Shown: in pieces, positions 47,822-64,000 of the stretch
How positions within the stretch are numbered: position 1 is the first letter of the stretch
How the letters are laid out: each line of letters begins with the position of its first letter
NCBI GenBank assembly: GCA_051362555.1
Contig: CM120641.1
Coordinates: 35,284,401 to 35,348,400, forward strand
Direction: 5' to 3'
Length of the DNA stretch: 64,000 nt
DNA from: Lingula anatina
Taxonomy: Eukaryota > Animalia > Brachiopoda
Made by a program: the position numbers and the translations under genes
Notes under the pieces: model-generated
What the model was told of the DNA's origin: nothing
Seen by the model: only the letters and a program-made list of their open reading frames with translations
Database searches by the model: none

Positions 47822-48562
47822 CTAACATTAAGTTTATTCAAACATACCCAAGGTTCAATCAGGTGTCAAGATAAGAGTCCAGATAACCATAGTAACGTGT
47901 TAGTAGAAGGAAAACAACAAAGTGATAACACGTACTGTATTCTGTGCCGACATTTTGCTTATCTCATTTTACTTAACTGTTCCATTCACAGTTACACACC
48001 TTCATCTTAACAACCATAATAGCGTGAGATTCGCATACGTCATAGTGAAATCGCTTATAAAATAAAACAATTTGTTTTACACGGAGAAAACAATTGAACT
48101 AATTCAAAAATTTTCTATTCAACATTTATGTTACACAAATGCATATATCTTGGTGATTTAATCAAGAATTAATATTTTCCTTTTATTTGAAACTAAATTA
48201 AAATGGCAAAAAATGACAGGTTAATTGCAATAATTGAAAGTTATTCATGCATGATCTAAATTTGTGTAAAAGGTTTGGAAAACTCTTAAGATCTGATTTT
48301 AATTAAGTAAATACAAATCTATTTCTAACGTTACAGCGTGATGTCTAGTTTGGCGCAAAAGGGCGTTACTTATTAGTTCTGTTAGTTTGCAAAACTGAAA
48401 ACGACACAGCTCTTTAAAAAGACTTGATCTACTATTATCTGCATATATATTACATATTATAGATAACGTAGGTTTTAATGCAACATGAAAAAAAGGCACC
48501 ACAATCAAGCAAGACAAAAATAACATCTGCTTGGATTTTTTATAAGATCAGAAGAAAAACTA

Positions 48563-48602
48563 CCCCCCCCCCCCAAAAAAAAAAAAAAAAAAAAAAAAAA
48601 AA
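48563..48602. repeat. Poly-C / poly-A homopolymer run
   Basis: C run followed by A run. Confidence 0.85.
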
Positions 48603-51600
48603 CTATAATGATTTTCTTCTTGTCCGTGACTCAGTTTAACGGTTATTTTCTGTGTGAGTCAGGTTCTATCGCCTAGATTGTACCCCAGTTTGATCGGGCG
48701 GTCCAACTCAAGTGCTCGTCCAAGTTTGCAGTTCTTTGCTTGCTCTCTATTTGTGAAAACAAGAGCGCGGGGATGCGTGAGCCGTACTGTGGAACGCCAA
48801 CCAAGAGCAAATTTACATACCATTTCCATAATGGTATGATGAAGACAGAGAACGGGACTGTCCCCGAGTTTTGTTTGATTTTCTTTTGTCAATCAATTTT
48901 CAATTAATAAGGCCATTTCTGACGCTGTGTTTGGTTCGCCGCCCTCCCAACCTTAAACACAACTCCATCATTTTCTGTCGACTCGATCAAGGATGTCAAC
49001 ATGAAAACCCTCCAGATAGCAACACTCTTATCGCGAGGCGGGCGCAAGTTTACCTGAAAATTTGACACGAGCTTCTTGGTTTCCGTCCACAACACTATGT
49101 AGGGGACACATACCACTCAAAGATGCGTAACAGATGGAAGATTGTGTAGAGACAGTGCCCGTTGAAGTTGACAAAACGTGACAATATCAATAAACAACAA
49201 TTTAATGCTCCACGCCTCTCATTGTACGCATACATAATTCAAACAAAACTGTCAGTATTTTGTCGCTCTTCTAATTAGCCTAAAACAAACGTTTGGTTTT
49301 ATTTCAAGAATGCTGTGTCACGACTTCATTTTTCTGCCCTTGATTGCCATTACGTCAATGAAGAAATTTTCCCTCTATTTTAGTATTATGAGGTACAAAA
49401 TGTTATATCAAAATGGAAAAATTTTCCCCAAGAATAATTTGTAGTGGCAAAACTTTTTGAGATAAAATATTAAAAATAGTGAGAAAAACATTAACCAGAT
49501 AAAACCTTATATCTATGTTAAAAATTATTAGGCAACAATATGGCCAAATTTCAATGTCCCTCGCGTATTTCGTTTAATTACTAGCTAATAGATTAGGAAA
49601 CATTAATCCTTATTTCATATACATTGACCCTAATTTCTTACTAGTTTCACGTGTTTAATTTGATAAAAGCATTTACTTTCTTTGAGGCGTATTGCATTTT
49701 GGTTTAGCATAAATTCTTTTGTCTGGAAAACAGTGTCAGCTAAATTTAGTTGCGGGATATCTGTCACCGTGTAATGTTTCCTCACTTGATCAGAGTAATT
49801 TTGTTACACAGATTACACGCCGTTCAGCGTCGCCATATGCGCTGGCCATGTATGCTCACACTGGTTTCTGAGCGTTTTAAAGGCACTTCTCCTTGGTTTC
49901 ACACATTATTCAATTACCAGAAATGATCTATCAAGGGCCACTCTCGCGATAATCCGTCTCTTTTTAAATAAAACATGGCTAACTACATTATTTCACATGT
50001 TCCTATGGGACGGCATTAAAGCTTGAATTTACACTTCGTAAGCATTGGGCTTTATGTCACTTTATTAAGTCAATTAGAGTTGAAGAGAGATAAATGTTTT
50101 GATGGAAATTGAGCACTCAGTGGTTAAAAATCCGGAAAATGTACAGAATCAGGCAAAAAAAAAAAACATTTAAAATGGTTGTCTATTTTCTCTTTGCTCA
50201 CAAGGACTTTTACCTTTTTTTCTGAATAGCTTTACACGTATATCTTATTTTATTTTCCTATCTATTGTTTTTTCTTCTTATTTATTTTTGTGGTCCATTC
50301 ATGGAAGAAAACAGCGGGCATAAGATTTTATTTAAAGCCAATGTTTCGGCTATTAGGACGGCTTCACCATGGTCGCATGAGACCGCGGACTTACTGCCCA
50401 CGAAAAAAAACTCATTAAAGATAAACAAAGTTGTTGACATCTCAAAAAAAGTGAACTCCACGATCTTTGGAATTTTTTTTGTATCAATAATCTACTTTAC
50501 TGAGCGTGAAACATCACATATACCACATTCGGCAGCATAACGTTACATAAGTCGTAGTTGTTTTCCATACTGAAATTAAAAAAAAAACCTGTGAACTCCA
50601 TATGTTCATAATTCTCTTTCAATTCTCTCTTTATTCGAAGCAGCTTGTGCAAAAAAAATGCATTTGTAAATATATTATAGTCGCTTGGAAGCAAAGGTTA
50701 TTTTAGGAAAAGATCTTTAGTTCATCGGTGCAGGGTAGAAAGAAATTTGATCAACGTAAGAGGGATTGATGGACCGTAATTTAGTCATTTGGTACAGAAC
50801 TGTCGCTGACAGCAGAATACTGATTGAGATATTGTCATAGATACATTACAGTAAAATTTCAATAGAACCCCGAATGTCCCCCATTTTTCAGGGGCATTGA
50901 TGCTTTCAATGCGTATTGTGTCGAGAAGCCACAAAACTGGTAAATTATCAATAATTACACGACGTCTTTGACAAATGAAAGGGCTTGGGTTTCAAGAGTT
51001 GTTGACAGGGACATACTTAATGTGAAATTTTAACGAAATTTTCTGCCTTGTCGGTTAATGTAACTTGCCATGAAAAGAAAAGCAATTGTTGAGATTTTTT
51101 GGAAATTTATTTCGTAACCTTGAAAATCAATTAGATCAAGTCACGTCGGCTTAATAAAATTAATTTGTCCCCGGTACAATGTTCAACGACTATAAACAAT
51201 AAGCGCTGGAACATTACTAACTTTAGAAGCCGATGCGACGTAATAACGCAGATGATAACGATAACTATCTTTCACCCTCCACCCTCTCTCTCTCTCTCTC
51301 CTTTCCTCCTTCCTTCCGTCCCCAGCAGAGTCGTATAATGATAAAAAAATGAATATTCACTATACAAAGACTCGGCAACGCCAGCAGGGTGTCTACAATT
51401 CAATCACAGTATCTGTCTGTGCAGGAAATTAGATCGGTGACGGCCCTGTCTTTGTCAGCCTGGCCGCATATGTTGCACCCCGTGAAAATCCAGATTTGAA
51501 CATTCATCCGCCCCACGCCGCATTGTGGCTCGCAGCGGGAACGGGCTTTCTGCGTCAACAATTTCATGATTTTCCAAAGAGCAGCAGGCGTGTTTGCATT

Positions 51601-53929
51601 ATCAGTAACGAATATCTCGTCAGAATTTGATTAATGAGGTAGATCTGCGCTAAGTTGATGAAGTTTTACATAAATACCTAGCTTATCCTTTCTAAATCAC
51701 CTGTTTGATCTGGAAGAAAAATATGGAACTGGTCAAGACTCACTAGATATGACGATGAGGAAAACATGAGTACACGCTGAGTTAAGATTTACAGATATAC
51801 CTTATTAATTCTTGTGATAACTAAATATATCTTATTTGTTTTCTGAGGGCGAAAAACATATTTTGTTAGTCATTTCGTCGCATTTATCTATTTTCTGTTC
51901 CATTCATTAATCTATCTATTTATATATTTATTTGTTTACATGTATATATATCAACTTGATTATTTCCTTATTTCTGAGGATACTTCACTGAACAAAATGA
52001 GAGATACGTGCTCGAAGAGATAAAACAATAAATATTTTGCAAAAAGAAAAACGAATAAATGATAAATTATCATTTACCGTTTTGCAAAAGTGTATGAAAA
52101 CATTATTTTCATATATTTAAAAATCTAACACAGCAAAATTATTTTATTGTCTATGGGACCTAGCTAAAAACAAGTGTAGATGTTTTTATCTATTTTCAAA
52201 CGAAATTCTTTTTAGGATTATCATACATTACTTCTATAAGCTTCAATTGTATTTTCGCGTTTTGGACTATGGGATATCTGGTTGGCTTGTGGTAAAATAA
52301 AACAAAGACGGTGTTCGTTGACAGAGATACGAAAAAATTGATTTAAGATACTGAAGTGTAAAGAAACTACAGCGGTCAGTTAATCGTTCTGCCAAATTGG
52401 ACAAAACTCAAATTTTTATCTAAAAATTATTTCCTTACAACAAGAAGCAAATAATTTATATTAAATAATGCATGTGGTCTTGGTTGGCTTAGGTTGCTGT
52501 TTTATTTATTCTTTACATGAGATGATGTATTAAATTCTTAAGACTAAATTCGACATAAAGAAATTCGACTTTGAAAAGAATTGATCACTTGTATATAAAA
52601 ACTCACAGAATTTAGCTTCCAGTCGTCGCCACGACGAGGCAACGGTAACATTTTCGGGATAGCAACATCGTATTCTATTGATAAGAACCGGAGACACAAA
52701 GTCCGCGGCCTTTCAGAATAACTGCATTGTTATTACCCAATGTTACGACTGTATACAGTCCTTTACACCCACTGTCCACTGGAATGTTAACTGCAAAAAC
52801 AAAAACTCGGGCTGCCCAAAGGTGTTTGTGGAATATTCACGCTTCGATGAATACCCTGAAAACAAGCTTGTTGTGACAGTACGTGAAAATTCCACACAAA
52901 AACAACATTACACAAATTAGGGATTCATTAAGCTAGGAGTTAGAAGTAAAAGGAAGCAATCAGAGGTAATTCATGAAGTTGGCACTAATTGTCCAAACAT
53001 GTCACTCTCTCTTATCACGCCCAGCACAGGAAACCCCTACGGTCTCGCAACGCTGACCAGTGTTTTTAAGATCGCCTCTGTCCAGTTTGTTTGTTGGCAA
53101 CACCTTCCGGAGCACTGATCAAGCTCCCGCCGGAACTGGGGTTTGCGGGTTGTTGCCACATGTCCAGTTATCAACTGAAAGAGTGGGCGGTATTTCAGAT
53201 AAACTTATTTTCGGGTCAAAATGTCAGGAAAACTGCAAGACTTGGTCGAAATTTTATTTACAACCATGTTCAAGTGAATTTTTCAATCGGAGACTATTTC
53301 TCCAGTGATTATTTTTTTGTAGAATTTTAAGGTTAGCTAGGTTTAAAATTCCTTATGCTTTGTTTAAAATCAATTTTAACGGGCTTGATATTCAACATAT
53401 ACTGTAACTTAATTAAATTACGGCCGCTGGCTGAGAATTTCACTTTACGAGACACAAAATCATTACTATTCGAAATGTGCCCATAAGGCTTGTCCAACCA
53501 TACTGACCATCTCAGTGTGCAATTAATAAGAGTGATGATTAAATGCCCGCCTTAACTCCGCCCTCCATATTTCTCCCACCGCGCCGGGTAAGCACCCTGA
53601 AGCGAAAATCAACAACAGCACACGTAATAAAGCTACACATGTTCTTAAATTATCCTTAATGAAGGGTGCACCGCTACTCACATCATTCTTCTGCTAGACC
53701 TGAAAGAAGAGGGTAGGCGGAGGTGGGTGCTGTATGAACAATAGCGGTAATATTTAATGTCATTTAATTTTGAAAAAAAAAATAGTATTTTAAAACCTGC
53801 GTGAAATCTTAACTTTCTTGAAAAGGGATTAACATTCAAGTAGGCTTTAACATTGATTAACCGTTCATGTTTTATGGACTTTCTCCTCAACCGTACATCG
53901 ATTGAGAAATACAAGACAAATACATTTTA

Positions 53930-55015
53930 TTGGTGTTTATTTATTGTCAATTCCATTGATAAAAGTTAGCTGACTTACTGAGGAGGGGTGTTTGCCAAAT
54001 GGACTAATTAACGGGCCAGGTCTTATCTCGGCTGTTAGTGTAACTTGTGTGTGTATAGGTTGATTACGGGAATGAGTGCACCTGAATACGGAGTAGTGTC
54101 CCCCGTGTTGACAGGCGATTAGCACTGGGGGCGATAACTGACCACGGCTAAAAGACTCTATCAACACCCCGCGGTACCGGACGGATGGTCCAACGTTCGT
54201 GTGAAGGGGAACAGGTTGCGCACAAACGAGGGGTACGGGCACATCTAAATGAACAACCCGCCGACCGACCTATCAAGTTTGTTCCAGATTGGCGGTCTCA
54301 AAATAGGTCGTTGCGACAAATGTTTACGTTCGTGTACAGATAAGTCGACACGTTTGCTTTAGTCATCTTTCCTTCCGCCCCCCCCCTTCTCTAGCTTGCT
54401 GGATTACACCAGTGGATGTCCCCGACGGGAAGTGTGAAAATTGCCTCGGGACCTGTCACCCCGGGTCTGGCCCACAGGTGTCCCCCTCTAGCCTCTCCCG
54501 GCGCACCTGGGTAGTTGCGGGGACAGGCCTGGTTACGTAACGCTCTGTTTGCTCCGCGTGGGGAGGAAGGGCTTCGTGGTGTGTGAAGACATCATATGCT
54601 GGCCGCCTTCCGTCATCAACACACTGTCACACAGATAGTCTGACCACGCGGACACTGCCACATATCACTCATTGCCAGATTACAGTTAATAGTACTATCA
54701 TTTTTCCAGCTGGCCACTGTCGGGTGACCAACTACGACGAGGGACGTTAACACGTGAGTGACCCTAGTCCATAACTTCCCAGATAATCCTAGAGATTGAG
54801 AGAAGACCACAACCGACGCTGTTCTGGTATCTTAAGGGTCATCGCCTCCTGAGAAAGTGTTAAAGCAGAAAGTCCGAGGCAACCCGAAGGAATATTTAAC
54901 CGGATTTTAAGGAGGAAAGAGAACGGCAGCAACGGCACATTGCGGATCCAGTTAGTGCGAACAGCTGTAGATAAATCTCTTCATCGTGGCGCTGTTACCT
55001 TCTTACCACGGTTCC
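53930..55015 (+). promoter_or_regulatory. Putative Otx proximal promoter and 5'UTR region (boundaries approximate)
   Basis: GC/CpG-rich stretch immediately upstream of the Otx ATG, with GC box CCGCCC near 54375 and TAAT, GGATTA and CTGTCAC motifs. Confidence 0.5.
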
Positions 55016-62785
<7,770 letters not shown>

Positions 62786-64000
62786 AGTAAATCATGTACT
62801 GTCTTCAGCAGGTACTTTAGTAAGGGTAAAAACAGCTTAGGTTTTGTTAAATTGGGATGTTTTAAAACATTTGTGGAAGCCAGTACGTGCAAGGAATAAT
62901 CTGATCTGAAATTTTGCTAGGCATATTTAGAAAGCGTCTTGATGAAAAGGGCGGCGTGCTGAATCACGCCAACCCGAAGCTGTCGGAAAGTGGGACAATG
63001 TCTGCAATACAAGCGTAATACTCTATCTCTCTGAACATTCCAAATATCCGAATTTCACTCTTATAGATGGAAGTAGAAGTTTTTAGATATTTATCTTAGT
63101 TTTACCATCTTAATTTTTTATGCTCAAATCCACAATCAAGAAGAAAGTGTCAAAATTGTGAAATTGTGAGACAATCAGTTGTATATAATATTGTGTACAT
63201 TGGAGGTGTGATGTTGTTATAATATTGTGTAGTGTTTTAGCTTTACATGGTGTTTTAACTGTTTTTTATTTATGATGGGAGCAAAAAGAAATGGAGGAAT
63301 CATCGCTTCTAGTCGAAACTTCTTGAGAGCATGTTATTGATGTAATAGCCAATATATTACAACATGTTAAAAGGGGTTAAGTAAAAGCTGTACTTAACGT
63401 TATTCTTGAAACACATTAGCTCTGATTAAGCGTCAGTTTTCCTTTAAGAAATTGAGTATGGGGGTTGGGGGATTATGGAAAATAGTCCTGCGTGAGCTAT
63501 ACTATTAATCAATCTTCATGGTGCGTACAAATTAGAGGCTAGTCGAATACCCACTGGAAAATCAAAGGCACGAGACTACAATGCAATGAATCGTCTAATC
63601 TTGTTTAAATCACATGATAATTTCCCTTCTACACCAGCTGCCGTTTAAGAAGAAAATTTTAGGTATTAATTTCAAAGCATATGGCTAAGGTACTCACAAA
63701 ACGCTGTAATACAGCGCTACAGGGTCGGTAGTAATTCTGGATTAAATACGGGGTCCACGCATTTGGTCCGCTATATAAAAGAAGATAAAAATGGAATGAA
63801 CTGAACATTGATCAGTTTTGAGACAGGGTAATTCGATTTAGGGGAAATATCATAGCTTAGTGTATGTTAAGGCAATTTCATGTATATTATCAAATACATT
63901 TCATACTGCATTCGGTATTTGTCACTACGTTAGTCCAAAATGCAGGTCAGTTTATTATTCTAGAATAAATCCTGTTCAATAGTATTGAAGTAGATATTAG

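Noticed and set aside
63180-63969. Pumilio-type TGTATATA (63180) and AATAAA (63964) in the Otx 3' region
   Set aside because: Short AT-rich motifs expected by chance; the UTR end cannot be placed

Overview
AT-rich, intron-containing animal genomic DNA; the proteins look like those of a marine invertebrate, probably a lophotrochozoan such as a mollusc (inference). I reconstructed three genes by hand from splice sites and reading phase. (1) A minus-strand gene with three coding exons visible (ATG at 2234) encodes an acidic protein with an atypical C2H2-like zinc finger and runs off the left edge. (2) EHBP1 lies head-to-head with it: 22 coding exons, 6872-36980, about 1141 aa, with NT-C2, NPF motifs, CH, bMERB and a C-terminal CaaX (CSIQ). 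(3) A complete Otx/orthodenticle gene (3 exons, 55016-62785, 284 aa, K50 homeodomain, WSP motif, Otx tail) follows an 18-kb gene-free interval. EHBP1-Otx is a known ancient microsyntenic pair. The most interesting unexplained signals are a candidate internal first exon replacing EHBP1's C2 domain with a short Cys-containing N-terminus; candidate cassette/micro-exons and a possible recursive splice site in the intron splitting bMERB; a candidate distal Otx exon in frame with the homeobox; a helically phased CTGTCA cluster; and a CpG-content transition. All need RNA or comparative data; no new biological system can be established from sequence alone.
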